Source of the DNA: Gammaproteobacteria bacterium
GTDB taxonomy: Bacteria; Pseudomonadota; Gammaproteobacteria; SZUA-229
DNA: 64,000 nt
Direction: 5' to 3'
Assembly (NCBI GenBank): GCA_029287435.1
Contig: JARFRD010000063.1
Location: 5,431-69,430, forward strand
A model generated the notes under the pieces. It was not told where the DNA came from. It did not search any database and worked only from the letters and a program-made list of their open reading frames with translations. Below are positions 49,151-58,466 of the stretch, piece after piece. The position numbers and the translations under genes were made by a program. Position 1 is the first letter of the stretch. Each line of letters begins with the position of its first letter.

Positions 49151-50812
49151 TTAAAGCGGCAGTCTGAAATATCTTGGTCCGTTCTGTGTAGTGCCTGAAC
49201 CTCGCCCAGCTTGCTGATGATTTAATTGTGGTATCTGCCACTGATTGTTTTTTTGATCGTCATCATTGTTATTGATATCCATCGCTATTACCCGGTTGCG
49301 CCCATATTCTTTTGCCCTGTACAGCGCTTTGTCCGCACGGGCAAGGGTATCACTGAGTCTGGCATCACCATCCATCGGCTGCAGTTGCGCTACACCGAAA
49401 CTGGATGAGATTAGTAATAATAAATCACCTGTTCTTAATGGAGACTGCTCAATTTTGTTACGGATTTTTTCCGCCAGAATCTTACCGCCGCTAAGGTCAC
49501 CGGTCATCAGCACCAGAAACTCCTCGCCACCAACACGAAACACAAAATCACTGGCACGGCAACAGTCACGTATAATGTCTGATACATGGGTCAGCACCTG
49601 ATCGCCAACCATATGGCCGTACTTATCATTAATAATCTTGAATTTGTCGAGATCGGCCAGTATGAAAGTAATAGACTTGCCCTGGCGCGTGGCATCGGAT
49701 AATAGTTTGGGATAAAGATCGTACAGATAGCGGCGGTTATACAATCCGGTAAGTGAGTCGGTCGTGGCCTGCTCTTCCAGCTGCGCATGCACACGGTCGA
49801 CCTCATCCTGCTTTTCTTTCAAACGCGCAATCATGTCCTGAAACTTGTTTATCAGGTAACCAAATTCATCCCTCGACTGGGTTGCCTCGATTTTGGGAAA
49901 CTGTCCATCACCAACATCGTTCATAATGCTGACCAGGCGACCCACTGGTTGGCTGAAGTTACGTATCATGGCAATACCAATAACAAGAATGATGACGCTA
50001 ACGCCGATTGCTAATATCAGCATTTGTGAACGATTCCGGTCTAGCTGACTAGTAAGCTCTGGATTTGAAAACCCGAACCATACCTGTGGTAATTTATTTT
50101 CTTCAAAATACGATATTTTACTGACCAGGAAATCGCCCTGTATCAGCCGTAACAGGCCATTTCTTTGTTTAACTTTCTGACCAGAAAGATCTTCCTCTAG
50201 CGAAGAACGGAGTATTTTCCCATTGCCTACAACAAAGAACTGACCATAGCCGGTATCACGTGCTGTATCTATCAGGCTGGCATCCATTGTGTTTGTCAGC
50301 ACTACATAGCCGAGATATTCATTTTGATAGTAAACAGGCATAGAGACCGCCATCTCGATACTTTTATCCGTCGAGTAGTATAAAATCTCGCCATCCAATT
50401 TCTCGATATTCGGTTTTTTGCTAATCGCTGACAGCAATTGCTTATCATCTCCAATCAACACATCGCCGTTTTTAGAGATGATTGCCGCGCTCTTGTATTT
50501 GAGCCATCCAAACTGTCTTTGAAACAATTCATGCAATGGATCGGTTTCGGTGCCGATGCTGACAACTACAAACATATACTCGCGCAACTGGATATTGTCA
50601 CTGATCAGGCGAGCACTCTGCTCTAATTCATGCTCTTCCAGTTTGATCTTGGCATCGAGCTGTGACGAAAATAGTCCCAGGTTGCGATTGGCCGCATCAA
50701 GGATCGCATCACGACTTTGCCCATAGAAATAGTACAGAACACAAATCAGAAACAACTCCAGCAACACGACATAAAGGATTAGCCGGTTTCTATAAGTATG
50801 TGGAGGTGCCAT
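49151..50812 (-). CDS. sensor diguanylate cyclase (periplasmic sensor domain, TM, HAMP, GGDEF)
   Basis: 553 aa with the GGEEF active-site motif (RVGGEEFLVLM) and two TM segments flanking a roughly 230-aa periplasmic domain. Confidence 0.85.
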   Translation of the reverse strand: MAPPHTYRNRLILYVVLLELFLICVLYYFYGQSRDAILDAANRNLGLFSSQLDAKIKLEEHELEQSARLISDNIQLREYMFVVVSIGTETDPLHELFQRQFGWLKYKSAAIISKNGDVLIGDDKQLLSAISKKPNIEKLDGEILYYSTDKSIEMAVSMPVYYQNEYLGYVVLTNTMDASLIDTARDTGYGQFFVVGNGKILRSSLEEDLSGQKVKQRNGLLRLIQGDFLVSKISYFEENKLPQVWFGFSNPELTSQLDRNRSQMLILAIGVSVIILVIGIAMIRNFSQPVGRLVSIMNDVGDGQFPKIEATQSRDEFGYLINKFQDMIARLKEKQDEVDRVHAQLEEQATTDSLTGLYNRRYLYDLYPKLLSDATRQGKSITFILADLDKFKIINDKYGHMVGDQVLTHVSDIIRDCCRASDFVFRVGGEEFLVLMTGDLSGGKILAEKIRNKIEQSPLRTGDLLLLISSSFGVAQLQPMDGDARLSDTLARADKALYRAKEYGRNRVIAMDINNNDDDQKNNQWQIPQLNHQQAGRGSGTTQNGPRYFRLPL

Positions 50813-50815
50813 GAT

Positions 50816-51691
50816 TTACTGCTTTATTGGGACGAGCTCATATTGCTTCGCCACCCTGCTAAATTCCGGTCCAGTCTGCACACTGTTGATAATGTTCATG
50901 ACATCTGGCGACGCCTGCTTATTGGTCACTGCAGATAACACACGATAGTAGGGATAACGACCAGCACGCAGATTATCAGCGGTAGGTAAAACACCTCCGA
51001 CACTAACACTCTTTACACTGCTGTCGGGACCGAACTCCCATGTGGCACCGGTATGGCCAATGGCCCCAGGGAAATCAGTAACTCGTTTAACCATTTCTGC
51101 CGCACTTTTTACATTTAGGCGGTCTTTTCGGAACAAGCTGGCGTCCGGCAAAATAGTTTTCCAGTGGCCCGGTCTATGTTTACAGTGCAGGCGGTTAACC
51201 ACAACAATGGGTTTATCAGCACCTCCGACTTCATTCCAGTTTGTAATTTTACCACTGAATATTGCGCGCACCTGTTGCTGGGACAGATCTTTAATTTTAT
51301 TCTCTTTATTAACCAGGATCAGGATTGGTTCATTTGCTATAGGATGAACCTGTATATTCTTTTCTGTGACTTCCTTTTCGCTCAGTGGGCAGCAGACAAA
51401 GCCAAAGCTCTCGTGGCCAGGCCGATTCTGCTTTGCCATCTTGATACCGGCATTGCAACCCATGCCCAGCATGGACTCCTTGCCGAAAAGTTCCACCTTA
51501 CGGCCACTACTTTGTTCCAGCGCCGGCTTAAGATCATTAAAAATAACCCACGAGAAATGTGCGCCGGCACCTACAATTGGCGACTGATTTTCTTTATCGA
51601 CAGTAGCCTGATCGGCATAAACAGCGCCACAAAATATATAGAAAAGAACGAGCAGCGAAAACTGCATCCATTTGGTGTAATACTCCATCAT
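50816..51691 (-). CDS. PstS-like periplasmic substrate-binding protein (PBP superfamily), co-transcribed with the sensor GGDEF gene
   Basis: 291 aa with a signal peptide and a PBP-like_2 fold (GAGAHFSWVIFNDL..., GHTGATWEF). It ends 3 nt before the GGDEF gene start. Confidence 0.7.
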   Translation of the reverse strand: MMEYYTKWMQFSLLVLFYIFCGAVYADQATVDKENQSPIVGAGAHFSWVIFNDLKPALEQSSGRKVELFGKESMLGMGCNAGIKMAKQNRPGHESFGFVCCPLSEKEVTEKNIQVHPIANEPILILVNKENKIKDLSQQQVRAIFSGKITNWNEVGGADKPIVVVNRLHCKHRPGHWKTILPDASLFRKDRLNVKSAAEMVKRVTDFPGAIGHTGATWEFGPDSSVKSVSVGGVLPTADNLRAGRYPYYRVLSAVTNKQASPDVMNIINSVQTGPEFSRVAKQYELVPIKQ

Positions 51692-52027
51692 GATAACCTC
51701 TCTGTTTCCTTTGCAATTTGCTTAGCCCGCTATTGCTAAATATTAGACCAGTTCTGACCCGCTGCAGGCACTTTAAATGCTTTTATTTCATTTGTACTAT
51801 CGATTAACTAAAAGCTAATTTAAAAGTAGCAGATGAATACCATTCATCAAGAAAAAATGTTCGCTCATCAATAAAAAATTACCGTTTATCTGTATTAATT
51901 TGGTCAAATCAAAAAAAATGCGGGCAGTATAACTGGTGAAATAACTGATTTTACAGGGAAAATTCTGCCTACAACGAGCGCGAGAATTCAATCACGAATT
52001 TTTGTCGATAGCAGGGCTATGGCTAAA

Positions 52028-52059
52028 GGGGAAAGGGGACAGGGGAAAGGGGAAAGGGG
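52028..52059 (+). repeat. (GGGGAAA)5 tandem G-tract repeat (one unit GGGGACA); canonical G-quadruplex-forming motif on the plus strand in a divergent promoter region
   Basis: Five GGGG tracts with 3-nt loops were read directly (aaggggaaaggggacaggggaaaggggaaaggggaa). The repeat is followed by the GGGAATttATTCCC palindrome. Confidence 0.8.
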
Positions 52060-52277
52060 AATTTATTCCCAGCTATCTGGAACTGTAAATTTTTTTTACT
52101 AAGCCAGGATGATTCCCCATCCTGAATCAATATGTTTTCACCAATTGCACCACTAGTATAGACTTGCGAGAATGGCCAGAGAACTATTGAGTTGCATAAA
52201 TCGTGTCTGGCATCTGATTGTCTGCAACCCAAATATCCATAAACGTTTCGTTGGAAGGCGAATGCTCTAACTGAACT

Positions 52278-54338
52278 ATGAATTATCTAAGCCCACAACA
52301 TATCTGTCATTCGCAGTCCTGTGCTCGACTAACAGGGTGGGTGCTGAGGTTTTATCTGATGTTGGCGTTTGGCTGTTTCATAATGCCTGCTCATGCGCTC
52401 GATACCATCAGTGTAAAGGGTGATGTTGCTGGTTTATCGCTGGGATTGAATCTGGTCTATCTGGAAGATGAAACGGGCGAGATTGCTATCGATGATCTGT
52501 TATCAGATGACGACCAGTCGTTTGCCTGGCGCAAGTCGCAGCAGAAAATTCCAGGTTTTGGTTTTACCACCACACCGTACTGGTTCAGTGTTGAAATAAA
52601 ATACGAGGACATAATACAAAAAAATCTCCTTCTAGAGGTCGGGACTTCGTTGCTGGACAATATCGATATCTATTTTGTGTCTAATGGCTCAGTCATCGAT
52701 TCCTATCACGTAGGTGATCATTATCCTTTTTCAGACAGGCCTGTTCTACACCGCAACTTCTTAATTCCTCTTTCAATTGATCCTGGCGAGCGTGTACAGG
52801 TTTATCTGCGTGTAAAAACTACTACAGCTCTGCAACTGCCGCTTAGACTGTGGACTGAAGATGCCTTCTACACGGAGGACGCATCCAAAATCTACGCTCA
52901 TGGCCTGTTCTATGGGATCATGCTGGTAGTGATGCTGTTCAGTTTGTTCTTCTATTTCTCTATCCGTGAACGTCAATACATTTACTACGCACTATACGTA
53001 TTTTTTCATACCGCATATCAGGCGGCTGCACATGGGGTAACCTTTCAGTACTTATGGCCAGATGGTATCTGGTGGAATGAAAAAAGTATTGCCGTGTTCA
53101 GTGGTGCGGCGATTGTTTTTAGCTCCCAGTTCGCCATTGAGTTCCTGTCCCTGAGAGCTTCTAAACAGAAGCTGTATGTATTCCTGAACACTATCGCAGC
53201 TGCCAGTGCTCTTACAGTCGTCGCTACCCTTGTCGTCCCCTATTCGATTACGATACAGATGATAATTCCGCTGGCACTGCTGATGGTAGCAGGTTGCTTT
53301 GTGTCTGGTATCACTCGCTGGCGGGAAGGCGATAAACCGGCGCAATTATACACAATGGCATGGGCCACTTTCCTGTTTGGCATTGCGTTGCTTACGCTCA
53401 ATCGAATTGATCTTATTCCTCGCAATATGCTTACTGAAAATGCTATGCAGGTCGGGTCTTCAATAGAAGTCATGCTGCTGCTGATTGCTATGTCGCAGCG
53501 GATTTCACTTGAGATTCGAGAAAGGTTCCGAATCCAGGAGAAGGCATTGGCAGAGCACCAGAACACTAATGTAATATTAGAAAGTCGTGTCCAGAGAAGG
53601 ACCACCGAGCTGGCAAGTAAAAATAAGCAACTCGAGGCAATATCTATAAAACTGGCCAAGTACCTGTCACCGCAAATATACCAGCAGATTTTCCAGGGAA
53701 AATGGGACGTGCACCTTGAAACCAGACGAAAAAAATTGACCATATTTTTTTCCGATATCAAGGACTTTACAGAAATCACCGACAGCATGGAACCGGAGGC
53801 ACTTACCGAGTTACTTAATAGTTATTTGAATGAAATGGCAGAGGTCGCACTGCAGTTTGGTGGTACGGTAGATAAGTTTATCGGTGATGCAGTAATGGTG
53901 TTTTTCGGAGACCCCGAATCCAAAGGCCATAAACAGGATGCCCTCGATTGCGTGATGATGGCGATGGAAATGCGTAAACGGATGGCTAAACTACGCGAGA
54001 AGTGGATGTCTGATGGAATTATTGAACCATTGCATATCCGCATAGGTATCAATACCGGCTACTGTACGGTGGGTAATTTTGGTTCGGATAATCGCCTCGA
54101 CTATACGATCGTTGGTGGGCAGGTCAACCTCGCCAGCCGACTGGAATCATTTGCTGAAATCGACAATATCCTGATATCTTTTTCAACCTATGCACTGGTT
54201 AAAGACCAGGTGACCTGCATACAGATGGGCGATGTCAAAGCCAAAGGATTCGAGAAATCGATAAGAACCTACAAGGTCGTGGACACAGTCGAGAATCTTG
54301 ATAGGCAAAGTAAGTTATCTGCAGCACCTACAGTGTAA
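52278..54338 (+). CDS. 7TM-DISM (7TMR-DISMED2 + 7TMR-DISM_7TM) receptor adenylate/guanylate cyclase
   Basis: 686 aa with a signal peptide, an extracellular beta-sandwich domain, seven TM helices and a coiled coil. The class III cyclase core is KLTIFFSDIKDFTEI...DKFIGDAVMVFFGDP...RIGINTG. Confidence 0.85.
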   Translation: MNYLSPQHICHSQSCARLTGWVLRFYLMLAFGCFIMPAHALDTISVKGDVAGLSLGLNLVYLEDETGEIAIDDLLSDDDQSFAWRKSQQKIPGFGFTTTPYWFSVEIKYEDIIQKNLLLEVGTSLLDNIDIYFVSNGSVIDSYHVGDHYPFSDRPVLHRNFLIPLSIDPGERVQVYLRVKTTTALQLPLRLWTEDAFYTEDASKIYAHGLFYGIMLVVMLFSLFFYFSIRERQYIYYALYVFFHTAYQAAAHGVTFQYLWPDGIWWNEKSIAVFSGAAIVFSSQFAIEFLSLRASKQKLYVFLNTIAAASALTVVATLVVPYSITIQMIIPLALLMVAGCFVSGITRWREGDKPAQLYTMAWATFLFGIALLTLNRIDLIPRNMLTENAMQVGSSIEVMLLLIAMSQRISLEIRERFRIQEKALAEHQNTNVILESRVQRRTTELASKNKQLEAISIKLAKYLSPQIYQQIFQGKWDVHLETRRKKLTIFFSDIKDFTEITDSMEPEALTELLNSYLNEMAEVALQFGGTVDKFIGDAVMVFFGDPESKGHKQDALDCVMMAMEMRKRMAKLREKWMSDGIIEPLHIRIGINTGYCTVGNFGSDNRLDYTIVGGQVNLASRLESFAEIDNILISFSTYALVKDQVTCIQMGDVKAKGFEKSIRTYKVVDTVENLDRQSKLSAAPTV

Positions 54339-54481
54339 GTCAAACGGCACAAAAGATACTATCAGGTATAAAAAAGAGCAATCATTGACTGATTGAAAAT
54401 AGTCGTGCTCAGGCCTGCTGTTATTTTTGCCCCCGCCTGTTTGAGCACGCTGCCGCGTTGATTCTCTGCTTGACTAGCGAT

Positions 54482-55462
54482 CTAGGTCGTCAATATGGTC
54501 GATCCGCTTGTCTGGCGTGATTCCAGCGCATGGTGGGCCCTGATCGTTTCAGACAGGGGCCAGGTCTGGTTGATCTGGATGCCGATGATACCATTGCTGA
54601 CTGCGTCGATCAGTCGCTTTGCGCCGTCGACCAGAAGTTCGCGCGTCGCGGTGTGCGTCGCCAGGGTAGGGCGGGTCACATACAGCGAACCTTTCGACGC
54701 AAGGATCTTCGGTGCAAACGGCTCGACGTTGCCCGATGAATTGCCATAGCTGACCATCATGCCGAACGGCCGCAGTGCATCGAGCGAGGCATCGAAGGTC
54801 GCCTTGCCCACGCCGTCATAAACCACGGCGACGCCTTCACCATCGGTGAAGTCTTTGATCCGCTCAGGGATATTCTCTTCGCGATAGAGGATAGTGTGCT
54901 TGCAGCCATTGGCGGCAGCCAGTTGTGCTTTTTCCTGTGAACCAACGCAACCAATCACTGTAGCGCCAAGATGAGTCGCCCATTGTGTAAGCAACAAGCC
55001 GACACCACCGGCCGCGGCATAAACCAGCACGGTATCACCTGCCTTGACCGGATAGGTGCGAAATAACAGGTAGTGCGCGGTGAGTCCCTTCAGCATCATT
55101 GCCGCCGCGGTCTGATTATCGATGGTGTCGGGCAGTTTGATCAGCTTCTCAGCATCAATCAAACGAGACTCGGCATAGGCGCCAGCTACCATCGCATAGG
55201 CCACGCGATCACCGATGGCAAGCTCAGTTACGCCGTCACCGATGGCTTCAACCACGCCGGCTGCTTCCATACCAAGAGTCGCTGGTAGTTCGACAGGATA
55301 GGCGCCGCTACGCATGTAGATATCGATATAGTTCAGGCCGCACGCGGTCTGTCGCAGATACACCTGCCCGGGGCCTGGATCCTCAACCTCGAGTTCCTCC
55401 CACTGCAACACCTCAGCGCCACCGAATTCGTGAATGCGTACCGCATGTGTCATAAACTGCAC
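54482..55462 (-). CDS. qor: NADPH:quinone oxidoreductase (zeta-crystallin/MDR family)
   Basis: 326 aa with an N-terminal GroES-like domain and the Rossmann motif VLVYAAAGGVGLLLTQWA. Confidence 0.85.
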   Translation of the reverse strand: MQFMTHAVRIHEFGGAEVLQWEELEVEDPGPGQVYLRQTACGLNYIDIYMRSGAYPVELPATLGMEAAGVVEAIGDGVTELAIGDRVAYAMVAGAYAESRLIDAEKLIKLPDTIDNQTAAAMMLKGLTAHYLLFRTYPVKAGDTVLVYAAAGGVGLLLTQWATHLGATVIGCVGSQEKAQLAAANGCKHTILYREENIPERIKDFTDGEGVAVVYDGVGKATFDASLDALRPFGMMVSYGNSSGNVEPFAPKILASKGSLYVTRPTLATHTATRELLVDGAKRLIDAVSNGIIGIQINQTWPLSETIRAHHALESRQTSGSTILTT

Positions 55463-55594
55463 CCGTTATATTTTGTATTTGTTCCTACCGATCATCAATG
55501 TAAATCGTGATATTAACAATTTAAAACTGATCAACAGCATAAACAGAATGCAAATGAAATATAAAAATCACCACGCTCAATCAGGCGTAACACG

Positions 55595-55750
55595 TCAATA
55601 TTTTTTGCCCGATAGTGTCATTATCCTTGCAGCCAACAGGATTAAAAGGATGAGAATCCCAAACGGATAGGGAAAGACATCGACAACGAATAATAGCAGG
55701 GTAACTGCCAGCAGCAGAAGAATAGCAATGAGGGGAATATCAAACTTCAT
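55595..55750 (-). CDS. candidate small hydrophobic membrane peptide (51 aa: MKFDIPLIAILLLLAVTLLLFVVDVFPYPFGILILLILLAARIMTLSGKKY)
   Basis: An ORF below the track cutoff in the 570-bp gap, with two predicted TM helices but no clear RBS. Very tentative. Confidence 0.15.
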   Translation of the reverse strand: MKFDIPLIAILLLLAVTLLLFVVDVFPYPFGILILLILLAARIMTLSGKKY

Positions 55751-56032
55751 TTTCAAATCATATCAAATAAATCGTTTTTATCCGAAGGCAGGGGGGTGTA
55801 GAAGTTATGGCTTAGACTTTTACGCAAAAGTAAGATACTTGAACTATGGCCTTTTTCTCTTTTTCAACAGATTAATTTTTTTTCAAAAAAAATCATTTTG
55901 TGGGACCTAAATCATTCCTCCCGCGTCATTACCTGTAACAGCACCATCAACAGCTAAGCAAAAAACACAAATTGATGAGTGTTAAACCATTAATAAGCAA
56001 CAACTGCCAAAGCAGGATAAAGGAGAATTATC

Positions 56033-56401
56033 ATGTCAGACTCAAAAAAATTAGTAGTAATAGTAACAAGCGGTTTTAACGATGAACGTTCTTCCGTCGC
56101 ATGGAGCGTCGCCAACGGCGGCATCGCCTCCGGTTACGAAATCACTATGTTCATGGTCAGCTCAGGGGTAGACTGGGTACGCAAAGGCGCAGCAGATGTA
56201 GCCCGCCTGAACCCGCTCGATCCGACCGTCAAGGAAATGATACAGAACGTCATCGACAGCGGTGGTAAGATATTCGTCTGTCCACCCTGCGCAGGTGTAC
56301 GCGGCTACACCAAGGACGACCTGATCGAAGGCGCCGAACTCGCAGGTTCAACCGCCATGCTTGGCGTCGTCAGCGAAGGCGCACAGACACTGACCTTTTG
56401 A
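56033..56401 (+). CDS. DsrE/DsrF/TusD-like sulfur-relay family protein
   Basis: 122 aa with the characteristic fold start KLVVIVTSGFNDERSSVAWSVANGG and the conserved Cys region KIFVCPPCAG. It has an AAAGGAG RBS. Confidence 0.7.
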   Translation: MSDSKKLVVIVTSGFNDERSSVAWSVANGGIASGYEITMFMVSSGVDWVRKGAADVARLNPLDPTVKEMIQNVIDSGGKIFVCPPCAGVRGYTKDDLIEGAELAGSTAMLGVVSEGAQTLTF

Positions 56402-56416
56402 TACAGACAATCGATG

Positions 56417-56438
56417 CCTCTCCCCGCTGGGGAGAGGT
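56417..56438 (+). other. Perfect 9-bp stem hairpin (cctctcccc-gctg-ggggagagg) between the DsrE-like and sigma-factor genes; no T-run follows, so it may be an attenuator or processing site
   Basis: Read directly. Confidence 0.35.
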
Positions 56439-56456
56439 CCAGGTCGAGGGACATTT

Positions 56457-57155
56457 TTGACTTTTACGGAAAACCTGAAGAGTATATCTGGCAGCCAACA
56501 ACGCATATATAAACCACCTTCAACACAGTGGCACATTGAATTGAACGATAGTGAAATAAAAACCTGGTTTACAGACAGCATAAAGGAAAACATGGACTCT
56601 CTTTATGCCGTCGCCAGACGCTTGACGCATAACAATACCGACTGTGAAGATCTGGTTGCCGAATCCGTCGCTAAAGCCTGGTCAGCCATCAAAAGCCTCG
56701 ATGATCGCAGTCGCTTTCGTCCATGGATGTTCCGTATCCTGCATAACTGTTTTATCAGCGACTATAGGAAGAAATCCGTACGACCCGTCGAAACCTGTTA
56801 TGAAGACGTCACCGGCGGCAATGACAAAGAAGAAGTATCGAATCTGTTAATTAAACAACCCAATGAATTCCTCGAATGGTGGGGCAATCCTGAGAAGGAG
56901 TTCGTTAATAACCTGCTCGGTGAAGACATCATGAAAGCCATCGAATGCCTGCCCGAATCATTTCGAATAACCGTATTACTAATTAACCTGGAAGGCCTTT
57001 CCTATGACGAAACAGCCGAGGTGCTGGGCATCCCACCCGGCACTGTACGTTCACGCATGAAACGCGGACGCACATTGCTGCAAAAGCAGTTATGGCAGCA
57101 TGCACAGGATGCCGGACTTACCGCAGGCAATGCAACAAAGGAGTGCACCACATGA
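56457..57155 (+). CDS. ECF (sigma-70 family group 4) RNA polymerase sigma factor. The start is uncertain, either 56457 or a later codon.
   Basis: Sigma region 2 (LYAVARRLTHNNTDCEDLVAESVAKAW...FRPWMFRILHNCFISDYRK) and region 4 HTH (LEGLSYDETAEVLGIPPGTVRSRMKRGR) are both present. Confidence 0.8.
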   Translation: MTFTENLKSISGSQQRIYKPPSTQWHIELNDSEIKTWFTDSIKENMDSLYAVARRLTHNNTDCEDLVAESVAKAWSAIKSLDDRSRFRPWMFRILHNCFISDYRKKSVRPVETCYEDVTGGNDKEEVSNLLIKQPNEFLEWWGNPEKEFVNNLLGEDIMKAIECLPESFRITVLLINLEGLSYDETAEVLGIPPGTVRSRMKRGRTLLQKQLWQHAQDAGLTAGNATKECTT

Positions 57156-57418
57156 GCAGCGACAAACACCCTCACCACCATGACGTGGAAGAGATTGATT
57201 GCCTGGAAGCCATCGATAATCTATACGCCTATCTCGATGGGGAACTAACTGATGATGAAACACTGGCCAGGTTCAGGAAACACCTCGACCATTGCAAGAG
57301 CTGCTATTCAAGATCGGAACTTGAGGGTGTCATCAATGAACGCATCAAGGAATCGGGCAAGGGCAAAACACCGGATACACTGAAGGACAGGATCTGTGAT
57401 TTTTTGGATGATCTTTAA
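57152..57418 (+). CDS. zinc-binding anti-sigma factor (ZAS, RsrA-like). Start at ATG 57152 overlapping the sigma stop (ATGA).
   Basis: 88 aa with the H-x3-C-x2-C motif (HLDHCKSCYS) plus an upstream Cys (IDCLEA). Translational coupling to the sigma gene is typical of sigma/anti-sigma pairs. Confidence 0.6.
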   Translation: MSSDKHPHHHDVEEIDCLEAIDNLYAYLDGELTDDETLARFRKHLDHCKSCYSRSELEGVINERIKESGKGKTPDTLKDRICDFLDDL

Positions 57419-57583
57419 AATGTTCCTGACATCAATTCAAATGATGGAATCCGTATAACTTTGCACTATATATTTTTACCCTTTTGACACAGGGTCTGGT
57501 ATAGAAGGGGGTATCGAACAAACCACACTGCGGTGCTGATCCCCTTTGATGAAAATAGTAAAAAATGGACGGATTAATGCCTA

Positions 57584-58282
57584 TCACTTGCCAGTAATAT
57601 AGTGTTTATCATCGAAGGTCATTACCCAGTGGGGTTTATAAATGACAAACGCACTGATCAGCATGCCGGTGATAAAGGCTTCCGGGATCATAAACAGGGG
57701 TATGTAGACCAGTGATTCTGAAACCAGCTGACTGTCCGGGTAGGCATGGACCAGGCTCAATAAAGCAATAGCCGACAGGCGGTTTGCAGCAACGGCAATA
57801 CCGGCACCAAAATAGGCGACAACAAAAATGTAGATAAAGAAATTGGCCGGTAGCTTTTTCTGCGACAGGCGGAGAATGCCGTAACTGACAAATACCGGGA
57901 CAGCGATACTCAGCAGGCCATTAATACCGAGGCTGAGCAGATCACTGTGCTGCAGCAGCGCGCTGGCAAGTAGTATTGTGCTCAAACCTAGCACGGCAAG
58001 TGGCCAGCCGAACATCAGGGTAAATATCGTCGCACCCAGATGGTGAAAGCCCAGTCCAGGAGAAATACCCGCCTTAATCTTCCACAGTAGTAATAAAGCC
58101 ACCATTGCACCGAAATAGACATGCTGGCTGGGTTTGTTTTTCAACAGCTCAGTAAACGAGAAATTTTTTAGCGCAAAAAGAATCAGCGCAAGCATTAAGA
58201 TGTTAGCCACCCACATTAACGTGGACGGTAGCAGGCTGGCGGGGATATGTAGGCCAATAAGCCAGTAGGTCTCATTCTGCAT
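57584..58282 (-). CDS. polytopic inner-membrane protein of unknown function
   Basis: 232 aa with about 6 hydrophobic helices. No family is recognised with confidence. Confidence 0.5.
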   Translation of the reverse strand: MQNETYWLIGLHIPASLLPSTLMWVANILMLALILFALKNFSFTELLKNKPSQHVYFGAMVALLLLWKIKAGISPGLGFHHLGATIFTLMFGWPLAVLGLSTILLASALLQHSDLLSLGINGLLSIAVPVFVSYGILRLSQKKLPANFFIYIFVVAYFGAGIAVAANRLSAIALLSLVHAYPDSQLVSESLVYIPLFMIPEAFITGMLISAFVIYKPHWVMTFDDKHYITGK

Positions 58283-58466
58283 CGATCTATTTTACCGCAG
58301 GATTACTGGGTCAGATAGCCGTTTCCTGTTGGAAGAGCATAGTCTGATTTCACGACCGGGTTTTAGATCCGTGTTTACGGGGGCGTTGGCACCTCTTCTT
58401 CAGGCAGCTGATGGACAAATACCGTGTCCTGGCTGCAGGCGCCGTTTGCAGCGAACAAGGTGCTAA

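Noticed and set aside
52025-52070. G-rich repeats as a CRISPR array or mini-array
   Set aside because: The unit is only 7 bp with no intervening spacers and there are no cas genes. This is a simple tandem G-tract repeat.
52105-52125. Hairpin CAGGATG-attcccc-CATCCTG after the G-tract repeat as a terminator
   Set aside because: It is preceded rather than followed by the T-run on the plus strand, and followed by A's on the minus strand, so it does not fit rho-independent terminator geometry in either orientation.
55728-55910. Track ORF 55728..55910 (+), 60 aa, in the 570-bp gap
   Set aside because: It has no RBS and a low-complexity Phe/Leu-rich translation from an AT-rich region. It is likely non-coding promoter DNA for the DsrE-like/sigma operon.
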